Assembly (NCBI RefSeq): GCF_006345805.1
Contig: NW_021834123.1
Location: 1-26,929 of the forward strand
Direction: 5' to 3'
DNA length: 26,929 bases
Source of the DNA: Octopus sinensis
Lineage: Eukaryota
Of this stretch, positions 11,562 through 24,968 are shown in pieces. Below the pieces are notes generated by a model. It saw only the letters and a list, made by a program, of their open reading frames with translations. It was not told where the DNA came from and ran no database searches. The translations under genes were made by a program, and so were the position numbers. The first letter of the stretch is position 1. Every line of letters starts with the position of its first letter.

Positions 11562-11873
11562 GTTTCTATTTATCTAGCCCTCTATCCATTTATCTATTTG
11601 TTTATTTACACACACATATATATCTATACATATGTGTGTGTCTCCTAGTGTGTACGTATATATACATACATATGTATATGCATATGTATATATATATATA
11701 TATATTTGTGTGTGTGTGTGTGTACACATACATATACATACATATACACACATACATATACGTACATACATATAAATATAGAGAAAGAAAGAATAAGAAG
11801 AAAATACAGAGGTAATTAATAAAATTAAAATCATTATACATAAAGATATATATATACGTATATGTATATATAT

Positions 11874-12096
11874 GTGGTGTATGGATATATGTATATATAT
11901 ACAAACATATATATATACATATATTAATACATAAATATCCCATTGTTATGATATATATGTATATTCATACATATATATATGTGTGTGTGTGTATGTATAT
12001 GTTATATATATATATTAATACATTAATATCCCATTCTAATGATATATATATATGTATATGCATACATATGTATATGCCTACATATATATATGCATG

Positions 12097-12139
<43 letters not shown>

Positions 12140-12153
12140 GATATATATTAATA

Positions 12154-12197
<44 letters not shown>

Positions 12198-12561
12198 TAT
12201 AAATATATTATATAACTGCGAATGTGTGTCTCTGTGTCTCTGCAAGTGCATCAGTACAACTCGAGATCTGTCCAACCGATTTCATTCATATGTGTTACGG
12301 GCCAACAAAGTTTCAACTTCTTCGCTAATGCGAGCCCAGAGCAATCTGTTGTCTTTTACACTATTTGAGTATCGCATATCAAAGGTGAAACAATAACACC
12401 TATATTCTAATGTGAGATAGTACATTATGTTTTAATAGTTTCCCTATTAATACTTTCAATATGTATATAATATATACACAGTGAAATTTTTTTCTACTGA
12501 AGATATTATCCGACGTTTATACATGCATATATATATATAGAAGGACATATATATATATATA

Positions 12562-12601
<40 letters not shown>

Positions 12602-13003
12602 TCTATATATATATATATATATGTCCTTCTATATATATATATGCATGTATAAACGTCGGATAATATCTTCAGTAGAAAAAATTTCACTGTGTATATATTA
12701 TATACATATTGAAAGTATTAATAGTGAAACTATTAAAACATAATGTACTATCTCACATTAGAATATAGGTGTTATTGTTTCACCTTTGATATGCGATACT
12801 CAAATAGTGTAAAAGACAACAGATTGCTCTGGGCTCGCATTAGCGAAGAAGTTGAAACTTTGTTGGCCCGTAACACAATATGAATGAAATCGGTTGGACA
12901 GATCTCGAGTTGTACTGATGCACTTGCAGAGACACAGAGACACACATTCGCAGTTATATATATATTTATATATATTATATATATATATATATATATAAAT
13001 ATA

Positions 13004-13034
<31 letters not shown>

Positions 13035-13279
13035 GTGTGTGTGTGTATATATATATATGCATATATATATTTAGGCATATACATAGTATGCTATAACATA
13101 TTTATATATCATTAGAATGGGATATTAATGTGTAAATATATATATATTATATATTACATATACATACACACACACACATATATATATGTATGAATATACA
13201 ATATACATAACATGGAGTATATGTATTAATATATGTATATATATATGTTTGTATATATATACATATATCCATACCACAC
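11874..13279. repeat. ~1.4-kb near-perfect palindrome centred on an (AT)n tract at ~12575
   Basis: The unique core 12211-12548 is the reverse complement of ~12615-12958, with only a few differences. Outer microsatellite-rich parts also mirror. Confidence 0.92.
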
Positions 13280-14104
13280 ACTATATATATATATTATATA
13301 TTATATAATATATATATATGTATGCATGTACATATTGTGTCTATATATATATTATATATATATATATATAATGTATATATTTATATATTTATAGATAGAT
13401 AGATGGATAGATATACTGTAGTTTCAGATCAGAGCTATGGACATGCTGGAGTACCGCTGCTTTGCTACACCGTTATTACTGAGTACCGCCTCTAAAATAC
13501 GGCACTTGTTGAAGAATGGAGATTGATGTAGCTTTTTTTGTCGATTTCGGGTATCCCTCTTGGTTGTTTCAGGAGAATGAAAAATCATGGCTTTCTTCAA
13601 CAAAACCGAAAGTATATATATATAGAGATAGATGGCGATAGAGAGAGAGATTCTATATGTTTATATATGTATACCTATATCTATATACTTATGTATATAA
13701 ATACATATATATGTATATAAATACATATATATGTATATAAATACATATATATATATACGTTTAAATATTTGTTGTGCAAGATTTTTTAAGTGAAGTCGTG
13801 TGTTGTAACAGATATTGTTATATTTCGGAATGGTCATATTGCCAGTTTAGCCAATAAAAACACACGCACTATATATACAAATAAGTGAGGAGAAAACAAA
13901 GGACCACTGATGCGGTAACAGGAGTGTGACGAAAGAACTCTGGCCGAAATAAGATTAACATTAAAGTAAAAAATAAATATCACTGAAGCAAAATAACACC
14001 AAATATATAGTGCGTGTGTTTTTATTGGCTAAATGGCAATATGACCATTCCGAAAATAACAATATATTATATATATATATATATTATATGTATTTGTTTT
14101 CTTG

Positions 14105-14585
14105 TTTCAGCTCAGAGCTGCAGCCATGCTGATGCACCGCCGTTTTGTGCTACACTGTTATTACGAAGTTCCTCAGACTCTTTGGGAGAATATTATTAAA
14201 AAGCTGCGGGCCCTTGAAACCCAGGCTGTTGCAGAAGCAGGTCCTGAAGCGTGATGGCATTGCTGGGATCTTTGGCACTATGCACAATTCCTTTCAGGGT
14301 CTTCCAGACATATATTACTGCATACCTCTCCCGCCTTCTCTCCAGGGAGTAGAGACTTAGCAGTTTCAAACTTTCCCAGTAGCTGAGCTGTTGCAAAGAG
14401 ACGATCTTCTTTGTGAATCTTCTCTGTATTGCTTCAAGGTCCGCTGTTAATCTCACACTGGTGGGTAACCATAGCTGTGAGCAGTAATCCAGGCGGCTGA
14501 GGATGAATGTCCGCCAGAGGACCATCATGGTTTCCTTATCTCTGGTTCTGAATGTTCTTAGGATCCAGCCAGCCAGTCGTCTGCA
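14105..14585 (-). mobile_element. CR1/L2-group LINE 3' fragment
   Basis: FILSRLDYCSQLW...LEAIQRRFTKKI..L..LSYWESLKLLSLYSLERRRER is the typical CR1/L2 RT C-terminus. The 3' end ggcggtgcatcagcatggctgcag lies at ~14110-14145. Confidence 0.8.
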
Positions 14586-14836
14586 TGTATATATATATAT
14601 ATATATATACATTTTTGTCCGAGTCTGACGCCATGATTGATCGTTAGCCACTACAAACATTTTTTCTCTCCTTGTTTCTCTCCTTGCTTTTTCTCTGTAC
14701 CTTTCTGTAGAAGAGCGTAGGCTCGAAACGTAAAATACTTTTTTCTATTCCTGGGCGCTATACTAATACATCTGTTTCTTTTGTACACCACCTGTTTCTT
14801 CTTTTGTTTCTTTTCGTAAACTTTCCCTATACATAT

Positions 14837-14884
<48 letters not shown>

Positions 14885-14934
14885 ATTATATATATACTTA
14901 TATATATATATTTATACGTATATATATATGAATA

Positions 14935-15140
14935 TTTTGTGTAATGAGATTTATGGTGATTGGAATGGATGTTAATGAATTAAGGTACTGGTTAGGTTTG
15001 TGGTAAGGGGAGTATTGGGATGTTGCTAAGTTTAGGGTTGTGTCCAGAAAGTTAGCAGTTTTGTGGACGTTTTCGAATGTGATAGAGAGGTTTAGGTTAG
15101 AAAAGAATTTATGTAGGTCCTTTCTTTTTTTTTCTAACAC
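14935..15140 (-). mobile_element. Penelope-like element RT fragment
   Basis: LSITFE...ANFLDTTLNL...YSPYHKPN matches the PLE RT pattern NFLDVTLxL...YxPYxKPN. Confidence 0.65.
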
Positions 15141-16049
15141 CTCTTAACACCCCCATTCCTCTATCATTTATACTATAATACCTTTCTCTCTCTATCCCCA
15201 CTCCTACTTTCAAACTACCTCCACTGACCACTGACCAACCTTTATCTTAATTTTTCTTTTTCTTTTCCTTATTCTTTTTATTTATATCTTCAGGAGTTTT
15301 TTCTTTATTTTTGTTTTTACTGATCTTCTTTCTTCTTTAATTCTTTCTTCCTCTCCTCTTTTTGTCTCTATTTGTTTTTGTCTTTCCTCTCTTCCTATTT
15401 TCAATTTGGCCAAACTAAAACACTCCCTATTACTAGGTCAGTTGAAACACAAACCTCGAATCTGCTACATTCTATATAAATTCCCTACTGGGAAGGACCA
15501 ACTTTAAGAGAATCTTACATTGCTTATAAACTTTACATTTGGATGGACTCATATTAAACTGTTAGACTTTTGGATTTTACTCAAAGGATATTGGAATAGT
15601 ACACATATATACCATTATGCCTATAAAGCGGATTTATGAACTCAATAACCATACATATCTTACATTTATTTTCTTTCCTCCACCCCACTCTCTATTTATA
15701 TCACGTCGAAACTAACTATAATTTAACTTTTCCCCTCACACCGTCTCCAATGAAGGGATATTATTATTAATTAGCATTCTAGAAACAGCTGTAAGACCTT
15801 CTATCTATAAATGCTCTAATATATATACAGCCTTGTTTTTTTTATTTCATTACTCAAAAAATTCATATATACACACGCTGACATAGAACCAACGTTGAAC
15901 CCTTTATTTGCAATATTACCGAATCTGGAACTTAACTATGTTCTGTCTTTAGCACATATTCAGCATTACCTGATACCTTTGGGTCTCAATGACACCATTA
16001 TCTCTTTTACGTATGTTTGTATACATGTATGTATGTATATTGCTTTTTT

Positions 16050-16555
16050 ACGTTTCAAATTAATGGTGGAGCCATGTGGGTGCAGCACTGTTTTACTACA
16101 CTGTTATTATTGACAGACCCCTCCAGTATGTGGCAATTTTGTTGTATAAAGGTGTTTGATGTCGCTATACTCCTTTGCACATCCTGCTGCGAGGTAGGGT
16201 TATCTGGGACTCTCGACAGGAAAAGGTCCACTTTGATTTGAAAACGCATACATTCACATTGTGTAGGTCCCTCGGTCTCTTTGGGAGATTATTAAGAAGG
16301 TGTGGGCCCCTGAACTCAGGCTGTTGCAGTAACTGGTCCTAATGTGCGATGGCATGACTAGGAAAATTTGGCACAATTTCTTTCAGGATCTTCCAGATGT
16401 ATATCACTGTATACACCTCTAACCTTCCGTCCAGGGAGTAGAGTCTAAGCTGTTTTAGCCTTTCCCACTGGCTGAGCTATTACAATGAGAAGACCTTTGT
16501 GGATTGCTTCAAGATCCGCAGTTAATTTTAAACTGTTGTGTGATCATAGCTGGGA
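16050..16555 (-). mobile_element. Second, more decayed CR1/L2-group LINE 3' fragment
   Basis: Homologous to 14105-14490. It also carries FQIKVDLFLSRVPDNP...SNTF, the terminal ORF2 motif. Confidence 0.7.
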
Positions 16556-18168
16556 GCAGGAAAACTGATTCACTAAATTTAACTGCATATTGTTAGGGTT
16601 TAGTGTATTTATTCGTGTTCAGCTGCTAATGCAGTCAGTGAGTGGAGATTTACACTTTTTATTCAGGTCAGAGAATGAAAATACGAACATAAGAAAGGAC
16701 ACGTTTTGTATTGAAATACATTTTTTTATTGATATTAGAATCCACTTGTTTACAATACAATAAAAATATGATACAAATTAACATATCTATGTCTTATATT
16801 TCGCTTTAAGGAAAAGTAACAGAAAAATATATTTAAACATTTTTACAATCATTCCACGGATGATAAATATAATAGTAAGTATATACATAGAAAATCTTTT
16901 AAAATATATCTTTATATCAGTATTCTCTAGCAGTTCACATAATCATGAATTACATCGTAGTGTCATGTTAAATAACTACGGACGCTAGCTTTCTTTATTT
17001 GAATCAATTAGTGAATATAAAATTGTTTTGTAAAAGGATGAGCAATGATATGAAGGAAAACATGTAAGTATAAATCGATGCATAGTGAACTTACTACGTG
17101 AACAAATTTATGAAACGCGTGTAATCCTACAAAAGTCAGGTTTATAATGTAGCATATGTTCATCTGTCAAGCCTCCTAACTTTATATGCCATTCTATTTC
17201 TCTCCCTCTCCCCGTCTGTATGTATATATGAATGTATGTATGTATGTATGTATGTATGTATGTATGTATGTATGTATATATATATTATATAATATATATA
17301 TATATACACACATAAATATATATAATATATTATATATATATAATATATATAATATTATAAGATATATATACGTATATATACACACACATATATATATATA
17401 AAAAAATATACCAAATCATCAGAATTTTACCATTATTATCAGAATGCTGCATAGTAAGAAAAACATGTGCACTTTCAGTGTATGCAGTTCCGTATTATAT
17501 GCATTGTTGATATTTATAATGAGGATTAACCCTGAATATCGAAGTATTTAGTGTTAGGGACATGTAACGTATATGTAAATTCATTCAACACAATTTATCG
17601 GTTTCAAATATTTATATATAAAGAATCCTGATATGGGATTAGGTTACAAAAAAGGAATGGTTAATTGAGTTAAATATTGATGGTAGGCAAGATAAGAGTT
17701 CTCTCCTTCTTTACAAAATAGAAAAAAACAAAATAGCAAGAAATATATTTCATTTAGAGATCTGTCTTTTGGTCATGTATGTATGAATGTATTTTTTAAA
17801 TGAATTAGAATATGAATGTAAATTTTGAGATAATTCTATATACACGTATATATTCAATTTGTATGTATATGTGCATACGTGAGTGATTTTGTAGGTGTGT
17901 TTGTGTGTGCGTTTTTGTGTTGTGGTATCTATAACAAAAGACAGAGAGAGAGAGGGAGGGCGAATGATATGCGGAGCACGAAACAATGAAATAGCGTCGC
18001 AGAGCACCCTTAATTTATACGCTTGTATAATTTGTGTGTGTGTGTGTGTGTGTGTTGGTTCGTATATGTTTCTTATAACAACCACACAGTGGTTTACTTA
18101 AACTTCCATAACATTATGAAAAACATTTGTGTTACACACAATTGAATGTTTGATGATGTTGGCCGATA

Positions 18169-18711
18169 TTACGATTCATATTCATCGCCATTTCCTCCGG
18201 ATATTACATCGACTTTCCGTGCACAAACACAGGCTGTAGGAACCTCGATGAGACTTGGTTTATAAACGTACAGTCCATCAACACATTCAGCTGTACGTTT
18301 CAGGACAGTCATTGGAGTATACACCATCACACATTGGTGGTTACTGTCAGAGTCCAGACAGTCTGTACAGCGACACACGACCGACTTGTGCGTGATTGGA
18401 GGAAAATATGTGGAATTGTGGGTAATTTGCAGGTACCATGGGCAGGTTGGTTGAACGCTCGCGTATGATATCAGTAGATAAGGAAGATGTAGGGCAAGTT
18501 TATCCCCTACGGTCAGTGCTTGTTGGTCACTTCCAGCTGGAGCTATTCAGCTGGTAGAAAAAGTTATTGCCGATCGCTGCGTTGTAGAGTTTCTCGTACT
18601 GGACTTTCAAGTCGTTTGGTATATTACATTGAGTCGGAATTGACGCCGAGGATATGAACAATACGGACGTTGGTGAGGAGAGGAGAACAACAAATCTTGA
18701 GCGAGAGAGAA
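18169..18711 (-). pseudogene. IL17: IL-17-like copy 2, exon 2; frameshifted as assembled (pseudogene or consensus errors)
   Basis: Acceptor atcacgcag ends at 18712. The 3' part is intact (CRCTDC...TACVC...GDEYES*). Multiple indels lie between ~18375 and 18711, and reading from the acceptor hits a stop after 34 codons. Confidence 0.75.
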
Positions 18712-19359
18712 CTGCGTGATATAAAATGTATATGTGAAAATGAGTAATTACGGTTCAATATAACACACAGCTAAATGAATAAACGAAATCAAGTATTATA
18801 TACTACATCTATCGCTCACACCAAATCACTCACTTACTGACTGTCTTACTGACTGAAATGACTGACTGACTTTTTCACTCATTCCATATTAGGCCCTTAT
18901 ATCACTTATCATTCGTTTAATACTATAAACTATATTTTGAATTTTTTTAAACACTTAAGTACGTGTGAAAATAGGTATGTTTAAATTAGGTCCGCTGGAC
19001 CGTACAGTACAAGCCATAATTCAGGTAAATTTCAAATAAAATGTTAAAAAATAAAAGCTTCAACAATAAAAATTACAAAAATAAAGTAAGAAATATATAT
19101 ATATATATATTATATATTATATAATATATATATATATTATAATTATATATATTATACATATATGTAAATAATATGTATGTATAAGAGGGCTAAAAGGAAA
19201 GTATTATGAATGTGTTGAGAGAAATTAACTTTCTTTGAGTCGATCCGTGACTTCAACTCCGTCCATAAGCATCGTTTGCTATGAAAATATATTTCGAAGA
19301 ATGATTCCGTAGCTTTCTAAAGCTCTATGAACAGAGTTTATGCTTACTTTAACAGATAA

Positions 19360-19520
19360 TTTGAGGTGGGACATGTGTTCAGTGGTTAGAGCATTGAATT
19401 CGTGCCGGGCTGTGTTTTGTATTCTAACCAAAGCATTTTAATTCGCGTTGCTCTACTCCCCTAAGCTGTGTGTAATTAAGGTATGTGTCACTAGTGCTAA
19501 GCGGATGTCGGCATTTACCT
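19360..19520 (+). mobile_element. Paralogous decayed SINE in intron 1 of copy 2
   Basis: Reverse complement of 3430-3630, with an internal deletion. Confidence 0.5.
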
Positions 19521-20013
19521 CACTATTAAACTATCTATGGCCTGGAGATGGATTCTCTATGTACTGGCCGGATTTGATACTTAGATGAGGAATCTTATTG
19601 GAAGAATACCTGGGACATTCAAGATCAAAGGTGTTATTTACTTTAACAATAAATAATTAAATAGAGAGGGAAATGAATACAGAGTTTATGCGCTTCAATA
19701 TCCTTCTGTTTTAAGGTTCTTAAATCTCTGGCACAAATTCTCTTCAACACCTGCCAAATGTGTGCTCTCAGAAACCACTGCAATTTTAGTTAAATCAGAA
19801 GTGAGATTAAGAAATAAAGTGTTTTTTAAAAGAGGTATGAAATATACGGGGCAATATAATATTCTATATATATATATCCGAATATAGATATGATATATAT
19901 ATAATTAACAATATAGGTAGCAAAAAATTCCACAGAAATTATTTTTGCCACCAGCGGTCTAGTGAGAGAAAAAGGAAATAGTCAGAGACTATTAATAAAT
20001 TCAACAAACAAAT

Positions 20014-20047
20014 TAAGGAACGGCCATAATATTATGGCCGTTCCTTA
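20014..20047. repeat. 34-bp perfect palindrome taaggaacggccataat|attatggccgttcctta
   Basis: Directly visible. Imperfect pairing extends to ~20003-20056. Confidence 0.9.
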
Positions 20048-20288
20048 TTTGTTGTTCTATATATATATATATATATTAATATATATATATAATATATATA
20101 TATGAAAGCACAGAATTAGATCAATATAACCACGCCATAGAATACAGATCCTATGTATAGTAACAATCTGCGTAAAGAACATAAGCAAAATGATTCACTC
20201 ATTCCTATGAATGATAGAAGAGTAAGCATAGACATAAGACTGAAGATATAAATATTACAGTTGATATTAACAAGGTTTGTTTACTTAC

Positions 20289-20303
20289 GTTGGTGGTATT
20301 CAT
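20289..20303 (-). CDS. IL17: IL-17-like copy 2, coding exon 1 (MNTTN)
   Basis: Reverse complement atgaataccaccaac|gtaagt, identical to copy 1. Confidence 0.8.
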
Positions 20304-20433
20304 TATATGTATGGTTCACTTGGAATGGCAGGGATGAAAATCGTAGTATATATTATTTACAGATAAATCTTGAGCGTGCGAGTTTATCTCAAAAAGATAT
20401 TCTTTGTGATGAATAACATCTCCTCAGAGATTA

Positions 20434-20535
20434 CTTATATATAATATTTTACCGTGGAATTAATATGATCATCCCAAAGATTAATGAAACTAAAATTAAA
20501 TATAAACAGAGGAACTAACAATTTACTTCCCGGTA
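20434..20535 (-). promoter_or_regulatory. Proximal promoter of IL-17-like copy 2 (partly degraded)
   Basis: TATATAAG at 20434-20441. The kB-like site is altered (ATTAATTCC), and the ETS site has an extra base (ACCGGGAAGT). Confidence 0.55.
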
Positions 20536-21197
20536 ATGTGAAAGAGCTGATATTAAGTGAAATAGTTGTGATCTATATAATTGCAGAGGCGCCTGAAGAA
20601 AAAGAAGAAACCAGGACATGATAAGATTTGTTTCTCTTATACCTGTTAAGCGGTTTGTGGTTCATGTGATTTGTCTTAATACGCAGAACATCGGCATAGT
20701 AAAAATATTGTCTTAAGAACTTCCGAATCTATTTTTAATATAATTTATCATTCTGTTGCATATCTATATATCTATCTTTATATCTATCTATCTTTCTTTC
20801 AATCTATTCATCTGTCTATCTATCTATGTATCTATGTACTATCTATCTATTCTATACATTATATATTTATCTATCTATCTATCTATCTATCTATCTCTTT
20901 GTATATCATACAATATATATGCATGCAGACACGCATATACATAATATATATATAAATACAATATACATTATATATATATATATTATATATATGTAGTATA
21001 TATCTATATATATTATATAAAAAAACAAATGTAATATATAAAAATGTATATATATACAATGTATATATATATACAAATATATATACATATATATATATAT
21101 ACATATATACATATATATATACATACAGATATACATACATACATACATACATACATACATACATACATACATACATACATACATACATTTATATTTA

Positions 21198-21560
21198 TAT
21201 TGGGACGTCTAGAATGTACGTGCCGATTTTCAAAGGAATAAAAGTTCAATAGTTTCTTGCACAATGCCTCTCCATCTTTCCTTTATCTTGAAAATACGCT
21301 CTCCCAGAACTGAGGTGGTTTCATGCCAAGGTATTGAAGTTTTTACCATTAAGTCTTTTCTGCAGAGATCTGAATGAGTGCAAATCCGATGGAGCAATAT
21401 CTGGTGAATATCGAGAGTGGGGTACCTCATCCCAGCCGATTGCGGCAATTTTTGTGTGATTCCCAAGGAAACATGCGGTCTTTCATTATCCTTTTGAAAA
21501 ACAACACCCTTTATATTGGCCATGAAACGAAGCGGCCCTCAGCTTCATTCAGTCTATATA
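21198..21560 (-). mobile_element. Mariner DNA transposon fragment (transposase C-terminus and one TIR)
   Basis: GVVFQKDNERPH (HDNARPH motif) and, in a shifted frame, YSPDIAPSD. A mariner-type TIR TATTGGG...GTGCCGATTTT at ~21198-21230 sits next to a TA. Confidence 0.8.
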
Positions 21561-22004
21561 CTGTATAACTATTCCGCAAACATTTTTCATTATATTCAAT
21601 GTGATTTGATATTAGCGATTGACTATTGGCAATGACCTCAATCTACTGGCAATTTCTTGACCGAATTCAGTCTCTTTCATTTTAAGGTCTATAGTTGTGC
21701 GTAGCATAGTATTTAGATACATTTAAACTCAATGTGACAAATTAGTAATTAGGGCAACAAAATGCGATTTAGTAAATACTTTTAAGAAATATTAGTAATT
21801 TTTTTATAAAGAAATACCTACTTGTTTCTTTCTGTTGAAAGTTTAATATTGGTTGATATATTTTCCATGGAGCATTTCGCTGAATTCTGTTTTTGTTTCT
21901 CAAGAATATTTTCCCCATAACACACACACTCACACACACACACACGCGGGCGCGCGCACACAAACGTGCATTGAATACTACAAAACGTAAAAATAGTACA
22001 ACAA

Positions 22005-22177
22005 ACAAGGACATTGAGCCATCCTCAGTTATCAACCAAAATATACTAATAACCAGTTTCGTGTCTTTCATGAAACTAGCTACGAGTGTGTCAGTCTGTG
22101 GCTATTGAGTTGTTTTAAGCATATCTCAATCAATAGTGGTGATGGTTCGGGCCATAGGTCATTTACGTGACTACATA

Positions 22178-22178
<1 letters not shown>
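22005..22178 (+). repeat. Spacer island, paralog of 1768-1933
   Basis: Same-orientation match to 1768-1933. Confidence 0.85.
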
Positions 22179-22222
<44 letters not shown>

Positions 22223-22378
22223 AAATATATATGTATATGTATAGGAATGTATATTTGTATATATATGTGTGTGTGTATGTATGTTTATACATAAATGTCT
22301 ATATGTATAAACATATATATATAAATATATACATATATCAATATATATATATATATATGTATATACATATATATATAT

Positions 22379-22475
<97 letters not shown>

Positions 22476-22506
22476 TATTATATATATATAATATATATAT
22501 ATATAT

Positions 22507-22885
22507 GGAAGCACTCCGTCGGTTTCGACGACGAGGATTCCGGTTGATCCGATCAACGGAACAACCTGCTCGTGAAATTAACGTGTAAGTGGCTGAGCAC
22601 TCCACAGACACGTGTACCATTAACGTAGTTCTCGAGGATATTCAGCGTGACACAGAGAGTGAAAGGCCGGCCCTTTGAAATACAGGTACAACAGAAACAG
22701 GAAGTAAGAGTGAGAAAAGGTTGTGGTGAAAGAGTACAGAAGGGATCACCACCATACCTGCCGGAGCCTCGTGGAGTTTTTAGGTGTTTTCGCTCAATAA
22801 ACACTCACAACGCCCGGTCTGGGTATCGAAACCGCGATCCTACGACCGCGAATCCGCTGCCCTAACTACTGGGCCATTGCACCTC

Positions 22886-22888
<3 letters not shown>
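22507..22888 (-). mobile_element. Apparently full-length tRNA-derived SINE inserted in (TA)n
   Basis: The minus-strand head gtggaggtgcaaTGGCCCAGTAGttagggc...GGTTTCGATACCC carries A and B boxes, followed by a ~300-nt non-tRNA body. (TA)n lies on both sides. Confidence 0.75.
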
Positions 22889-22928
<40 letters not shown>

Positions 22929-22929
22929 T

Positions 22930-22976
<47 letters not shown>

Positions 22977-23028
<52 letters not shown>

Positions 23029-23047
23029 GACAGACAGACAGATAGTC

Positions 23048-23100
<53 letters not shown>
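22977..23100. repeat. (GATA)n tract abutting the 3' end of Tx1 copy B
   Basis: Directly visible. Confidence 0.95.
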
Positions 23101-24968
23101 TGTTTATTTATTAGCCACACAGGGCTGCACACAGACAGAACAAATTACAAGGTAGAGCTTTTCTTTTGGGGTATAAAAAAGGGGGTTGGTTTTTGATCAA
23201 AAGGGATCGTAAAAGGAAAGAAAGAGGACAAAAAAGGGGAGGTTTTAAAAAAAAAGGGGGGAGAGGGGAAAAAATAGGGAAAGGGGAGAGGGAAAAAAAG
23301 TTGATCAATAGGGATCGTAATCACAGAAATGTCAATATAAAGTGTAAAGGGGAGGAGGACAGGTGAGGTTTACCCGTGGAAAGAAAAGCCTACGGAAAAG
23401 ACCACGGTAACCTCGGTCAATGAAGTTACATGTTATATTTCGTTCTTTTATTTTTTTTTGCAAATAAGCAACTCTCTGTATTAATTTTTACGCTTCATAG
23501 AATCAAAGTCAAGGTGGCTTCGTCATTCATACGTGCCATCCTTGCTACATTCACCCATCTTTTTTTAAAACATTCACTAGACAAAACTTGCCTCTCTACT
23601 CTCACTTTCCTCTTCAAGTGATATTTGAAGAAGTTGATGAGAGATTGACCAGAGAGGAAAGTGTTTGTCTCTAATCCTTTCAGGTGCGTCCACCAGATAC
23701 ATTATTTCGCCATAGCCACAAGTATGATAAAAATAGCTCTTCCTTCCCGTTTGAAGGAAGGAGGCGTGACGATATTAACGATAGACTCGGCTGATAAACC
23801 GACACGTCCCACACGTGACAGCAGTCGCTCGACATAAGCCCACAAGTCGGAAATTGCTGGACACTGCACGATTGCGTGCAGAGCGGTTTCGTCGCTCTAC
23901 CCGCATCTCGGGCAGGTCGGCCCCGTGTTTCTCGAGCCATGCCTATAGAGCTTATCCCGAACGGGTAGCGCTTCTCGGTAGCACCGCCAGGCCAGGGATC
24001 TGTGGAAGTTGTCCATAGGTCCCGGGCCGAAAGTCGTTTGAAACAGGCGGGTCAGGTATTCCTCGTCGACGCCCAGGTTTGCCCCGAGCTCGTCGTCGTA
24101 CCTCCCCTCCACTAATCCCCCTATAGAATGCTTTGGTTGTGTTGAAGTCAGTCAAGGTCGACCCGGGACGGCAGAGTTGCTTGAGAGCAACGCGACACTC
24201 GCGGTGCCATTCGCCCTTCCTCGGCCTCTTTTTGATCCACGACTGTAGTTCGGTCATGGAGACGAGTTGCGGGAATGCGTGACTCAAAAACGGCAACCAC
24301 ACCTATTCACCGTCGTCTACATAGAGCCGGAGATGTCGCAGTCTCAGCGCGTGTCTGCGCATCATCAACAACGGCATGCCCAGCCCTCATTTTAACGGGT
24401 GTTGACAGCAAATGGATCGCCTGACCATCGGGACGCATCCTTTCCACAAGAAGCGGAAGAGGATGCGTTCTAGTTTGGTGATGGTAGGGTCGGGACAAGG
24501 TACGACGGTCAGGCGGTAGTAGATGATGGACGCGATGTACGCGTTCGCCACCTCCGCCCGACCTTTTAGAGACAGTTTCCTCTCGGCCCATTGCTGGGCA
24601 AGAGTGTCCAACCTACACGTTATCTCGTTCCAGTTCTTCTCCATTTGGAGGTCTGGACCGAACCAGACCCCGAGCAACTCAACCGGGCCGTCTGTCCAGC
24701 GTCGCACGACGGAGGTACTGGTGGACGGCATGGGTTTGCTTCTCCAGGTGCCGAGCCGCAAGCCCACTGACATTTCCCGGTTGATTTTTCGCTCCTGTCA
24801 CATTTCGTAGTCTTTCAGTGTCTCGCCGACCCGCTCGATGTGGTCGTGGCTTGACACTATGACGGTGACGTCGTCCGCGTATGCAGACACGCTCGTCCCG
24901 CATCCTAATTCTCGCGGGATGCCCCTCAGAGTCGCCAGCTTCCGCAGTAGTGGCTCAAGAGTCAATAC
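23101..24968 (-). mobile_element. 5'-truncated Tx1/L1-clade LINE, copy B (RT from near YADD to the 3' end)
   Basis: VLTLEPLLRKL...VSAYADDVTVIV; ELLGVWFG; KLSLKGRAEVAN; CPRCG..ETALHAIVQC. A few stops and frameshifts. (GATA)n lies at both junctions. Confidence 0.9.

Larger units (their letters stand above)
16560..20760 (-). repeat. Right arm of the inverted segmental duplication carrying IL-17-like copy 2
   Basis: Reverse complement of 2500-7935 in collinear blocks. Flanks about 80-85% and exon 2 about 90% identical by eye. Confidence 0.9.

Noticed and set aside
12052-13096. Mirror-image ORFs ending ...RANKVSTSSLMRAQSNLLSFTLFEYRISKVKQ
   Set aside because: A by-product of the palindrome. They start in microsatellite and show no recognisable domain.
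15743-15790. Fourth hammerhead-like motif (CCAATGA...GAAAC)
   Set aside because: Two core mismatches and a weak stem II; too degenerate to support.
22810-22888. tRNA gene
   Set aside because: A and B boxes are present but there is no convincing cloverleaf, and it continues into a SINE body.
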